A stretch of 64,000 nt of DNA from Dehalococcoidia bacterium (GCA_963667765.2 CAXXON010000001.1:1055087-1119086), one strand, 5' to 3'; shown: positions 1-8,835, counted from the first letter of the stretch. Notes: a model not told the origin generated them from the letters alone. Translations and numbers: made by a program.

Positions 1-1
1 C

Positions 2-250
2 GACCGCGGCATCCTCAAGGAAGGATTCGCGGCCGACATCATGGTCTACGACCTGGACAAGCTGGGCCTGCAGTTCGACAGTCCGGTCTACGACACCGAT
101 TTCCCGGGTGGCGAGCGGCGCATCATCCAGAAGGCCAACGGAATCCGGTTCACTATAGTCAACGGTGAGGTCACCTTCACCGAGGGCACGGTGTGCACCG
201 GAGCCACCCCCGGCAAGCTGCTGCGCAGCTACGACATGGTCGACCGCTAA
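2..250 (+). CDS. C-terminal fragment of an N-acyl-D-amino-acid deacylase (D-aminoacylase)-family amidohydrolase; the 5' end lies outside the window
   Basis: The frame is open from base 2 to TAA at 248-250. The tail ...GFAADIMVYDLDKL...GIRFTIVNGEVTFTEG...GKLLR resembles D-aminoacylase C-termini. A hairpin terminator follows. Confidence 0.55.
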   Translation, partial: DRGILKEGFAADIMVYDLDKLGLQFDSPVYDTDFPGGERRIIQKANGIRFTIVNGEVTFTEGTVCTGATPGKLLRSYDMVDR

Positions 251-279
251 CCACGGCCGGGTTCCAGCGCGAACACCAA

Positions 280-310
280 GGGCTCCCGGTTTCGGGAGCC
301 CTACTTTGTG
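280..310 (+). terminator. Rho-independent-type terminator hairpin
   Basis: GGGCTCCCG-gttt-CGGGAGCCC (280-301) followed by the T-rich tail tactttgtgtg. Confidence 0.5.
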
Positions 311-435
311 TGTAGCTCCATGTGTGACTGGTCTGTAGCAATAGAGGGTATGTAGCTTGGAAGAACTAAGGAAGGCAAAGAAATTCTTAAGGAGTGTCGT
401 CAAATTGAGTTGCCTGGTATTAAACCGCCTCGCAT

Positions 436-533
436 CCGTCATTCCCGCTTTCGCGGGAATCCAGAATTCCTTGCTGCTGAAGAGCGCTTTGGCTACGGAA
501 ACGCATGGATTCCTGCTTCCGCAGCAATGACGG
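436..533. repeat. Composite ~100-bp MITE-like element (REP family 1, copy A)
   Basis: Left arm ccgtcattcccgctttcgcgggaatcc (436-462) and inverted right arm ggattcctgcttccgcagcaatgacgg (507-533) flank a ~45-nt core. The core is ~85% identical to the copy at 23237-23333 by hand alignment. Confidence 0.75.
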
Positions 534-658
534 GCCTGATGAACCCAAATGTGATTGCCTTGCTCAGTCGGCCGAGTCGCATTGAGGGAATCAGAGGCTT
601 TTGCTATGCTTGCCGCACTCAACCAGCTGTTTCCCGATAGACGAAGGAAGGGGCATCT

Positions 659-1000
659 ATGTCTTCCCAACCACTCAACGCTCTGGGGCGGCCAAGAAGA
701 ATCAAGGTGGACTTGGGGGAAGAGTCGTCGCTCGCAAGTCTTCCCTTGTTGGTCGAGGTGGGTGACGCCAAATTCTTTTTGACCAAGGGTAGTGATGGCT
801 ACAAATTGCTGTCGGTGGTCTGTCCGCATCAAGGTGGTGAGGTACAGGACGAAGGTGAGGGAGTGTTCACCTGCGACGGTCACGGCTGGGAGTTCGACAA
901 AACCGAAGGGGTCTGCGTAAACCAGCCCCATGTCCGCATGAGGGCCCTGCGCGTCGATATCGAAAATGGGCGGCTCTCAGCGCTGGTCCGTCCTGAATAA
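659..1000 (+). CDS. Small Rieske [2Fe-2S] domain protein
   Basis: 113 aa with CPHQGG...(17 aa)...CDGHGWEF, the CxH...CxxH Rieske ligand pattern. Confidence 0.8.
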   Translation: MSSQPLNALGRPRRIKVDLGEESSLASLPLLVEVGDAKFFLTKGSDGYKLLSVVCPHQGGEVQDEGEGVFTCDGHGWEFDKTEGVCVNQPHVRMRALRVDIENGRLSALVRPE

Positions 1001-1419
1001 CGCTCGTCAGATTCGATGCTTTGACCCTTCGGTGGGTTTCGCTCCAGAAGGTTGGAGCCGCCGCCTCCACAGGTAAACGGTTGCCGCTGAGTGGGGAGGC
1101 ATCAATCGGCCTGCTACCAAATTCCCCGCAGTTCGTCCTGGTTTCCTGCTCTGTATATCCAGGAACCAAATATTCAGGAACAAAGGCGTACGCCCAGTGA
1201 AGGCAGTCCTCATACCTGGCCGTAAAGCCTGATGCAATGGTGATGTGGCTCCAGCAGAGGCGAGGAATCTGCCATGAATGGCCACTTGGCCGTCTGGGTG
1301 GCTCGCGTTTCCCAGACCACTCAACTTGCTGGAGCTTGAGGACTTCGCGTTAACGCCGGTTTCACTCAGATGCCGGTGTTTGGACGACGGTAGCGGCCCA
1401 CGCCAGGATAGCGCACCAA

Positions 1420-1458
1420 GCGGAGAGCCCCCGATAGAGACAGGGGGCTCTCCGCTTT
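1420..1458 (+). terminator. Strong hairpin plus short T-tract 48 nt upstream of the glcB start (terminator or attenuator)
   Basis: Perfect 13-bp stem GCGGAGAGCCCCC / GGGGGCTCTCCGC (1420-1432 / 1443-1455), 10-nt loop, then TTT. Confidence 0.5.
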
Positions 1459-1505
1459 AGTAGTATTACCTGTGATATTCAAAATCCCTGTCGGTGGAGC
1501 GAAAC

Positions 1506-3773
1506 ATGGCACATCTGGAACTTCCTTCGGGCAATCAGGTGGAGGTCGATGACCTTCTATTCAACTTTGTAAGAGACGAGGTGGTTCCCGGCACCGATCG
1601 GACCGCCGAAGGAGTGTTCCAGCTGTTGGGCGAGCTGGTGGAGGAGTTCGAGCCGCCGAACCGTGCCTTGCTGGAGAAGCGGATCAGCGTACAACAGCAG
1701 GTTGACGAGTATTACCGGAACAAGCGGGCGTCCGGGTGGCGCCCTTCGCAGGAATCCCGCGAGCAGGACGCCACCGAGCTGGAGCAGTTCCTGATCCGGG
1801 TGGGTTACCTTCAGCAGGACCGCCCGGTAGATTTTGAAATGACGACGCCGCAGCTCGACCCTGAGATGGACCAGAATGGCCCCGAACTCGTGACGCCGGT
1901 GTCCAATGCCAGCATGGCGGTCGGGGGAGCCAACGCCCGCTGGGGCAGCCTGTACGACGCCTATTTCCTCAGTGACGTTCACCCGGAGATTGACCGGCAG
2001 GCGCAGCGGCCGGCCCGTCTTCGGATGGTGGTGGAAGAGACGAACGCCTTTTTTGACCAGCAGGTTGCGCAGTGGGACAACGCTGGCGGAATCGGGGAAA
2101 TTAAGTCGTTCTCCGTCCAGGAAACGGCAGGAGGCGGTTACGAACTCGTGGGGCACGCCGACAGCGGGGAGGCCCGCCTGAGCGACCCGTCCAGGCTATT
2201 CGGGTTCAATCTCAGGGACAATGGCGACCTTGAAGAGTTCTACCTGGAAGACAATGGTCTCCGTATCCTCTTTCAGCTATACGAAGGCGGCAAGGTTAAC
2301 GAAGAGAACGGGCAGTTCCGGGACATCTTCGTCGAGTCAGCAATTACCAACATAGTGGATTTCGAAGACGCGGTAGCAGTAGTTGACGCTGAGGATTTGG
2401 TCGAGTCGCTACAAAACTACCTCGGGCTCATTCGCGGCGACCTTGCGGGATATGGCTCCCGCGGTAACCGGAAGGAGTTGAATCCCGACAGGACCTGCAC
2501 CGGTGCGGACGGCCAACCCCGCATCCTCAAAGCCACAAGCCTGATGTCCGTAAGGAATGTATCCATCCACATGTACACCGGCATCGTGAAGGTGGGCGGC
2601 GAGGAAATACCGGAGCGTATGCTCGGCTTGTTGCTTACCTCCCTGATTGCCACCAGCCACGACAAGGGTTCCAGCGGCGAAGACCGGCCAGACGGATCAG
2701 GACCGATGCCGGTCCGGGGGCCGAACAGCAGCCGTGGACTGGTCTACCAGGTTACGCCCAAGCTCCAGACCGCTGAGGAGGTTGCGGAGCAGGTCAGGTT
2801 GTTCGAGGCGATCGAGTCCCGGCTGGGCTTGTCTCCGGGCTGTATCCTGATCGGCATCATGAACGAGGAGCTGGGCATGACCCTGCAGCTCTCAGAAGCG
2901 CTGCGAGCCGCCCAGAGCCGGGTCTTCTTCACCAACACCGGCTTCTTGGACCGCACCGGGTCGCAGATTCGCGCACAAATGCATGCCGGCCCCGTCGATC
3001 TCCGCGACGACCTGACCCAGGAAACTTTCAACATCAGCTACGAGCGGCACAATGTCGATGTCAGCCTCCATGCCGGGGTACACCGGCACGGAAAGGTCGG
3101 CAAGGGCATGCAGGTGCGGAACCGGGCCATGGCAGAGATGATGGAGCGCAAGATAGACCATCCCCGCACCGGTGGGAACACCGCGTGGGTTCCTGCGCCG
3201 TATCCCAGCGACCTGCATTCTCTGCATTACCACATGATTGATGTCGACGAGGTGCAGCGGGTGATGCTGGACTCGGAGGCCCTGAACATCAGCCGGATTT
3301 CCCTGCTGTCCTTCCCCTTGCTGAAGGAGGAGAAGGTGGCAGACCCTGACCGCAAGGCCGATCTCACCCTTCGTTATGCCCACAGCATGGTGGCCTATGT
3401 GGAGCCCTGGGTGCGGCGAGGCATCGGCTGCAGCGGGGTGCCCAACTTCGACCAGATCGAGGAAATGAAGGACAGGGCCACGGAGCGCATCGACGGGGCG
3501 ATCCTGGCCAATTGGCGCCTTCATGGGGTCATCGACCAATCGGATCTGGAGAAGGCTATCCTGGGCGCGTCCGAAGTTGTAGACCGGCAGAGCGCCGGGA
3601 TCGAAGACTACGAACCCCTGGCCGATACACCTGAGAAACGTCAGGCTCTGCTCCAGAACCCGGCAATAGTGGCGGTGCTGGAAATCATTGACGATGCCCT
3701 GTCGTCCCCCAGCGCCTATGTGGAACCGGCGCTATTCCGCAACAGGCTTTCGATAAAGGCGAAGACTGTTTGA
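1506..3773 (+). CDS. glcB: Malate synthase G
   Basis: About 755 aa. The N-terminal region (...FVRDEVVPGT...EFEPPNRALLEKR...) and NARWGSLYDAYF are typical of GlcB. ATG at 1506 is chosen over GTG at 1494 because GGTGGAG lies 7 nt upstream. Confidence 0.9.
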   Translation: MAHLELPSGNQVEVDDLLFNFVRDEVVPGTDRTAEGVFQLLGELVEEFEPPNRALLEKRISVQQQVDEYYRNKRASGWRPSQESREQDATELEQFLIRVGYLQQDRPVDFEMTTPQLDPEMDQNGPELVTPVSNASMAVGGANARWGSLYDAYFLSDVHPEIDRQAQRPARLRMVVEETNAFFDQQVAQWDNAGGIGEIKSFSVQETAGGGYELVGHADSGEARLSDPSRLFGFNLRDNGDLEEFYLEDNGLRILFQLYEGGKVNEENGQFRDIFVESAITNIVDFEDAVAVVDAEDLVESLQNYLGLIRGDLAGYGSRGNRKELNPDRTCTGADGQPRILKATSLMSVRNVSIHMYTGIVKVGGEEIPERMLGLLLTSLIATSHDKGSSGEDRPDGSGPMPVRGPNSSRGLVYQVTPKLQTAEEVAEQVRLFEAIESRLGLSPGCILIGIMNEELGMTLQLSEALRAAQSRVFFTNTGFLDRTGSQIRAQMHAGPVDLRDDLTQETFNISYERHNVDVSLHAGVHRHGKVGKGMQVRNRAMAEMMERKIDHPRTGGNTAWVPAPYPSDLHSLHYHMIDVDEVQRVMLDSEALNISRISLLSFPLLKEEKVADPDRKADLTLRYAHSMVAYVEPWVRRGIGCSGVPNFDQIEEMKDRATERIDGAILANWRLHGVIDQSDLEKAILGASEVVDRQSAGIEDYEPLADTPEKRQALLQNPAIVAVLEIIDDALSSPSAYVEPALFRNRLSIKAKTV

Positions 3774-3802
3774 CCTCCCGTCCAAGAGCGGACAATTCGT
3801 TA

Positions 3803-3819
3803 GTGAATTGTGCATTCAC
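3803..3819. promoter_or_regulatory. Perfect inverted repeat GTGAAT-N5-ATTCAC upstream of the permease gene (candidate operator)
   Basis: Seen directly at 3803-3808 / 3814-3819, 67 nt upstream of ATG 3886. Confidence 0.3.
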
Positions 3820-3885
3820 ATGCTAACATGCCCGGTGTGAGCTTATTGTTCACCACCTTTCCAACAGGTCAGACAGGCACCGGGC

Positions 3886-5616
3886 ATGGTCCAGTCAAAC
3901 GAGCACCTCCTCTTCCAGCCGGATGAACGCCCCAACCATCTGGCCGCGTTTCTGCACGGCTTTCAGAGCGTTATGGGCCGCATGGCAGTGACGGCTGCCA
4001 CTGCTTCCATCGTCACAGTGGCAGGAGGTCAATCAGAGAGCTACCTGGCGTGGATCCTTTTTGCGGCGCTTGCCGTGTGCGGGGTCGGCGGCATTTTACA
4101 AACGGTGCAGTTCGGGCGGTTCGGTTCGGGTTACTCCCTCAGCGTAGTTTCGGCCAGCGCTTTCATCGCAATCTGCATTTCCGCCCTGACAGATGGTGGT
4201 CCGGCGATGCTTTCCAGCCTCATCGTCGCGTCAGCATTGGTCCAATTCCTGTTCATCTGGCACCTATCCCTGCTGCGCCGCCTAATTACCCCTGTGGTCG
4301 CTGGCACAGTCCTCATGTTGCTGGCTTCCACTGTCATTGCCACAGTACTCAACCAACTCTCCGGTGTGCCCGAGGACTCACCGGCTTCTGCTGCGCCTGT
4401 GCTAGCCGGAGTGACCCTGGCCATCCTGATGGGACTGCGTTTATTCGGGACCGCTAAATTGCAGCAATGGGGACCGGTAGTGGGCATTCTGGTCGGCTGC
4501 GCCATAGCGACGGGATGGGGGATTTACGACTTCGAAAAAGTGGCCAGCGCCTCCTGGGTCGGCATTCCTGCATTCGCTTGGCCGGGGTTCGATTTGAGCT
4601 TTGGCGCGACGTTCTGGGCCCTCCTGCCGGGGTTCGTGATCGTTTACCTTGCTGCGACCATCAACTCCATCAGTGATACGGTCATTGTTCAACAGGTTTC
4701 ATGGCGAAGGCCTCGCGCCACCGATTTCCGCGTAGTTCAAGGCGCCCATAACCTGGTGGTGCTGACAAATCTGGCTGCGGCAGCTCTTGGTACTCTGCCC
4801 AATCTGATAGGGCCGGGCAGCTCGGCTCGCGTGCTCCTCACAGGGGTGGCCGCACGCCGGATGGGAATATACGGGGGCCTGATTCTCATATTTGTGGCCC
4901 TCTCTCCCAAGATCATTGCCTTGGTGGTGGCGACCCCTCGCCCGATCCTGGTGGCGTATATCGTCTTCATGTTGTCCCTGCTGTTCGTCCAGGGAATGAG
5001 GACAGTTTTCAGGGATGGCATAGACGGCAAAAAGGCCGCAGTTGTGGGCGTCTCCCTGTGGGTAGGTATCGGCTTTCAGAACCAGGCCATCATGCCGGAG
5101 CTCCTCACCGGTACCATCGGAACACTGCTCAGCAACGGAATGACAACCGGGTCCGTATGCGTGATCCTGCTGACCCTGATAATGGAATTGACCTCTGGAC
5201 GGCGCAGGCGGCTCAACGTGGAAATGAGCTTGTCCTCCCTGCCCAGGCTTGATGGATTTCTCCGCGAGTTTGCCACGAGGTCGGGATGGACCATTACTGC
5301 AGTCAACAAGTTGCGGTCGGCTGGCGAAGAGACCCTTTCCAGCCTCCTTTCCCAGGAGCCGGACCAGGACGAAGGCAGCGGTAAACGACTGATTGTCTCC
5401 GCCCGCCGAAACGACGACATGATTGAGCTTGAGTTCATGGCGACCTCGGGAGGAGAGAACCTGGAGGACAGGCTGGCCTATCTGAGCGAGCAGCCTGAAA
5501 TTCAGGAAGAGGAGGAAATATCCTTTCGGTTGTTGCGGCACTACGCATCTTCAGTGCAACATCGGAAGTACCACGGGATTGATATCATCACAGTGCAGGT
5601 TGCGGGGACGGCTTAG
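3886..5616 (+). CDS. Multi-pass permease (xanthine/uracil NCS2-like) with an extra ~140-aa cytoplasmic C-terminal domain
   Basis: 576 aa. About 12 hydrophobic segments give a general resemblance to NCS2/solute-carrier permeases. The family assignment is tentative. The soluble tail starts near aa 437. Confidence 0.55.
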   Translation: MVQSNEHLLFQPDERPNHLAAFLHGFQSVMGRMAVTAATASIVTVAGGQSESYLAWILFAALAVCGVGGILQTVQFGRFGSGYSLSVVSASAFIAICISALTDGGPAMLSSLIVASALVQFLFIWHLSLLRRLITPVVAGTVLMLLASTVIATVLNQLSGVPEDSPASAAPVLAGVTLAILMGLRLFGTAKLQQWGPVVGILVGCAIATGWGIYDFEKVASASWVGIPAFAWPGFDLSFGATFWALLPGFVIVYLAATINSISDTVIVQQVSWRRPRATDFRVVQGAHNLVVLTNLAAAALGTLPNLIGPGSSARVLLTGVAARRMGIYGGLILIFVALSPKIIALVVATPRPILVAYIVFMLSLLFVQGMRTVFRDGIDGKKAAVVGVSLWVGIGFQNQAIMPELLTGTIGTLLSNGMTTGSVCVILLTLIMELTSGRRRRLNVEMSLSSLPRLDGFLREFATRSGWTITAVNKLRSAGEETLSSLLSQEPDQDEGSGKRLIVSARRNDDMIELEFMATSGGENLEDRLAYLSEQPEIQEEEEISFRLLRHYASSVQHRKYHGIDIITVQVAGTA

Positions 5617-5704
5617 ACCAAGAATAACCAGGAAAGGATCTGGGAAGATCTGTGGCTCTCCAAGCGTTCAACTGCCCGGATTCTCGCAGGATATTTTATC
5701 TTCG

Positions 5705-5760
5705 TTCCCGGACCGGCCACCGGGCCCTTCGGCGAGACCGGTGGCCGGCCTGTCCGGGAA
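5705..5760. other. Long GC-rich hairpin between convergent genes
   Basis: TTCCCGGAC+CGGCCACCGG (5705-5723) pairs with CCGGTGGCCG (5738-5747) and GTCCGGGAA (5752-5760). That is 19 bp with a 4-nt bulge and no T-tract. Confidence 0.4.
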
Positions 5761-5987
5761 TGGCCCCTCAGGGGTGCCCAACCCACGGAGCGGCGGCCCG
5801 CTGGAGGAAAGCGCGCGCCCCGCTCCGCATAAGGGCGGAAGGCTCCGGGTGGGTGCTGGGGGAATTGTTAATTGTTCGGGAAGGCGAATCTTCCGGTGCG
5901 AACTCATGCAACTGCACGAAGCCCGAGTGTGCCGGGAATCTGCGTGCTGGCGCGGAGTTCCCGCCAGGGGCATGGTAGCAAGGACTT

Positions 5988-7325
5988 CTACGGCAGTACC
6001 CCCGTGTCCCTGAGCAGCCGCTGGGTTCCCTCAAGGTCAGACAGGTCTCTCAGCGGGATGCTGGGGTGGTTGATGTCCTCCAGCGGCACCAGAACATGCG
6101 GGACCGTTACTCCCTCAACCAGTGGGTATTCAAAAGTCTGTCCGGCGAAATACTGCTGGCCTACGCGCGACAGCATGAACTCCAGGAATTTCTCGGCCGC
6201 AACCCGGTTGTCCGAAGTTGACAGAATCCCGGCTCCGGCCACCATGATCGTGGCCCCTGGACCACCGGCGCGAGGATGGTAGTTACGGGCCGGGAAGTCC
6301 TCTCCCTCCTCCGCCAGGAAACGGAACAGGTAATAGTGGTTGACCAGACCGACATCAATCTCGCCGGCGGCTACGGCCGCTACCTGTGGCGTATTCTTTG
6401 GATAGATGGTTGGATTGTTAGCTTGCACTCCTCTCAACCATTCGGCAGTCCTTTCATCTCCCCAAATGGCACGCATTGCGGTGACCATCGTCTGGAATGA
6501 TGCATTGGCCGGTGCCCAGCCAATCCGTCCCTTCCATACCGGGTCAACGAAGTCCCAGACATCGTCGGGCAGCTCTTCCTCGCTTACGCGATCCGGGTTG
6601 TAGACCACCGTGCGGGCACGCCCGGAGAGACCCACCCATGCGCCCTGCGGGGATCGGGCCCACTCGGGGACCCGGCTCAACACCCGGTCGGGAAGAGGAG
6701 ACAGCATCCTCTCAACAGCTCCCAGGCCTCCTGGTTCCTGGGCGAAGAAGACATCAGCGGGAGAGTTGCCGCCCTCTTCCAGAAGCGTCGCCGCCAGTTG
6801 CGAGGTACCGGCGTACTTGACCTCGACCTGAATTCCCGTGGCCTGGCTGAATTGCTGAATCACCGCATCGACCAGCGACTCGCTGCGCCCTGAGTAGACA
6901 ACCAGCGGCTCTGAACCAGCCTCCTGTTGAGATGATCGAGCGTCCAGTGCCGCCGCGACGGCGGCCTCCACTTCCTCCAGCGTCACCCCGGGAGCCACCG
7001 CGGATTCGACGGCGGATTGCACCATTTCTTCGACTTCTTCGGCCGTCAAGTCCATGCTGCCCGAGTCGGCCATGGACCTCTCAATCGCCGTTTCGATCAT
7101 GGACTGCAATTGCTCATCAGTTACGGAACTTGCGGAAGCCTCCTCCGACACGGACTGTGAGACAGCCTCCTGGATGATGGTCCGAAGCGCGCCGGTGTCC
7201 AACGGTGTGGGGGTTGGCTGTGGTGTGGGTGGTACAGGAGTGGCGCCGCCCCCGCAAGCAATGACGGCGATCATCACCGCCAGGATGCACGAAACCAGTA
7301 TGGTGAGACGGAATATCTGCTGCAC
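5988..7325 (-). CDS. ABC transporter substrate-binding lipoprotein, Fe(III)/family-1 type
   Basis: Signal peptide plus lipobox (...VIACGGG), a P/T-rich linker, then VVYSGRSESLVD...VKYAGTSQLAATLLEEG...ADVFFAQEPG, as in FbpA/AfuA-like binding proteins. Confidence 0.75.
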   Translation of the reverse strand: MQQIFRLTILVSCILAVMIAVIACGGGATPVPPTPQPTPTPLDTGALRTIIQEAVSQSVSEEASASSVTDEQLQSMIETAIERSMADSGSMDLTAEEVEEMVQSAVESAVAPGVTLEEVEAAVAAALDARSSQQEAGSEPLVVYSGRSESLVDAVIQQFSQATGIQVEVKYAGTSQLAATLLEEGGNSPADVFFAQEPGGLGAVERMLSPLPDRVLSRVPEWARSPQGAWVGLSGRARTVVYNPDRVSEEELPDDVWDFVDPVWKGRIGWAPANASFQTMVTAMRAIWGDERTAEWLRGVQANNPTIYPKNTPQVAAVAAGEIDVGLVNHYYLFRFLAEEGEDFPARNYHPRAGGPGATIMVAGAGILSTSDNRVAAEKFLEFMLSRVGQQYFAGQTFEYPLVEGVTVPHVLVPLEDINHPSIPLRDLSDLEGTQRLLRDTGVLP

Positions 7326-7455
7326 GACGCTCTTCCTCCATATACTTGAACATCGGATGAAACCATACTGTAGCGCATGATTATCTGGATATTAAGTATG
7401 CACATCCTTTGCACTGCAGTTGCGGCAAAGTATACGCGCCAATGTAGATGTGTCA

Positions 7456-7469
7456 ATAGATAATTCTAT
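7456..7469. promoter_or_regulatory. Palindrome ATAGA-TAAT-TCTAT in an AT-rich divergent promoter region (candidate operator)
   Basis: Seen directly. It lies in a stretch where line 7441-7500 has only 15 G/C out of 60. Confidence 0.3.
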
Positions 7470-7623
7470 CGGACATATATATTGGTAAAAATTATATGTG
7501 TATGAGTAATGAATAGATTGACCTCAATATGGAGGTGACATAATGTTCACGCGGTACCCGCTTGCTGTTAAGATTGACCGGTCGGGCGGTATGGCATGAT
7601 CTTTCAGCAACAGGCGACGACAG

Positions 7624-8052
7624 ATGGCCCAATCATCGAAAGGAAACATCATCCCGGGCATGCGCTATCAAGACGCTCCAGGGGCCATCGCCTGGCTCTG
7701 TGTGGCGTTCGGCTTTTCACCGCGGCTCGTGGTCCCCGATGACAATGGAGGAATCGCTCACGCGCAACTGGTACTGGGCAACGGAATGATCATGTTGGGA
7801 TCGGTCCGGCCGCCGGAGGAACATGACGGACTTGTGAAGACACCCGGTGAAGCCGGAACCAACACCCAGGCTTCCTACATCTACATCGCTGAAATCGACG
7901 ATCATTACCGGCAGGCGGTGCAGGCGGGGGCTGAGATCGTTTACGAACTCACAGACCAGGACTACGGAGGCCGCCTGTACACCGCCCGCGACCCGGAGGG
8001 GTACCTATGGAACTTCGGCTCCTACGATCCCTGGGCCGAGCACGGCGAATAG
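7624..8052 (+). CDS. VOC/glyoxalase-family protein
   Basis: 142 aa. The pattern ...AIAWLCVAFGF...HAQLVLGNGMIMLGS...DPEGYLWNFGSY is typical of glyoxalase/bleomycin-resistance fold proteins. Confidence 0.7.
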   Translation: MAQSSKGNIIPGMRYQDAPGAIAWLCVAFGFSPRLVVPDDNGGIAHAQLVLGNGMIMLGSVRPPEEHDGLVKTPGEAGTNTQASYIYIAEIDDHYRQAVQAGAEIVYELTDQDYGGRLYTARDPEGYLWNFGSYDPWAEHGE

Positions 8053-8067
8053 CGGGGCTGACAGAAC

Positions 8068-8835
8068 ATGACACCTGAATTCGACCTTTTGAAGCAGCTC
8101 AATGTCAATGAGGCACTGAGTCTCCTGCGACCGGCGATGATCTTCACCGTCGGTGTGGCGATCTACGCCGTGGTCATCTTCAACCTCTACCGCTTCATGT
8201 CCAGAAGGGACATCTTCAACCTGGATTTTTCCAAGTATGAAGAGTCGAGGCATCCGGTACTAAGCAAGACGCTGCATTTTATCTTCTATTTGGCCAAGTA
8301 CCTGCTGATATTCCCGTTGTTCGCCTTCTTCTGGTTCGGCGTGCTGGTGGTGATGGTTGCCTTCCTCTCCAAGACTAAGGAAGTCGACGACCTGTTGCTC
8401 ATCGCGATGGCCGTGCTGACCTCGGTGCGGGTCACCTCCTACTACACGGAAGACCTGTCCCGGGACATAGCCAAGATGCTGCCGTTCGCGCTGCTGGGCA
8501 TCTTCCTCATCGATCTGAGGTACTTCGACCTGAGCACTTCAACGGAATTGCTGAATCGGGTCGGCGACGAGTGGGAGAGCATCTTCTATTACTGGGTGTT
8601 CGTGGTGATACTGGAACTGTTCCTTCGGGTTACCGAGCCCTACTTCAAGGCCCTGTACAACAGCATCAAGAGTCCGGGAAGGCGCCCGCGAGTCCAACCG
8701 GCGCCCGACAGTGCGCCAGAACCGGAAGAGAGGGAGCCTGAGGAACGCCCTGTTCGCGCCCGCAGAGGAAACGAAGATCCGGAAGAGGGGACGCCAGCGG
8801 CGCGTTCCGGTCGAACTGGACAGGAGGCGGACTGA
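8068..8835 (+). CDS. Multi-pass membrane protein of unknown function with a charged P/E/R-rich tail
   Basis: 255 aa with about 5-6 hydrophobic helices. G+C is lower than in neighbours (27/60 at 8221-8280). Its TGA overlaps the next ATG (ATGA at 8833-8837). Confidence 0.55.
   Translation: MTPEFDLLKQLNVNEALSLLRPAMIFTVGVAIYAVVIFNLYRFMSRRDIFNLDFSKYEESRHPVLSKTLHFIFYLAKYLLIFPLFAFFWFGVLVVMVAFLSKTKEVDDLLLIAMAVLTSVRVTSYYTEDLSRDIAKMLPFALLGIFLIDLRYFDLSTSTELLNRVGDEWESIFYYWVFVVILELFLRVTEPYFKALYNSIKSPGRRPRVQPAPDSAPEPEEREPEERPVRARRGNEDPEEGTPAARSGRTGQEAD

Noticed and set aside
410-782. ORFs 410-640 and 555-782, and similar ones at 12463-12748, 22959-23339, 24894-25106 and 9536-9745.
   Set aside because: They are translations of REP/MITE copies (…HSRFRGNPEF…, …VIPAKAGIQ…, …SFPRKRES…), not genes.
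867-1345. About 160-codon open frame on the minus strand spanning the Rieske-glcB spacer, which could be a gene remnant.
   Set aside because: It has no ATG or GTG start until a TTG at 1169. It overlaps the 3' end of the well-supported Rieske gene. I see no recognisable motifs.
1200-1458. Glycine riboswitch upstream of malate synthase, by analogy with SAR11.
   Set aside because: GGAGAG/CTCTCC occur only as the arms of the terminator hairpin. The conserved ACCGAAGGGGCAA and CTCTCAGG...AAAGGAC cores are absent.
5790-5990. RNase P, SRP or tmRNA-like RNA, suggested by GGAGGAAAGCGCGC in a gene-free GC-rich region.
   Set aside because: The match to the RNase P GAGGAAAGUCCGGGC box breaks after 8-9 nt. 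No other universal RNase P, SRP or tmRNA boxes were found on either strand.
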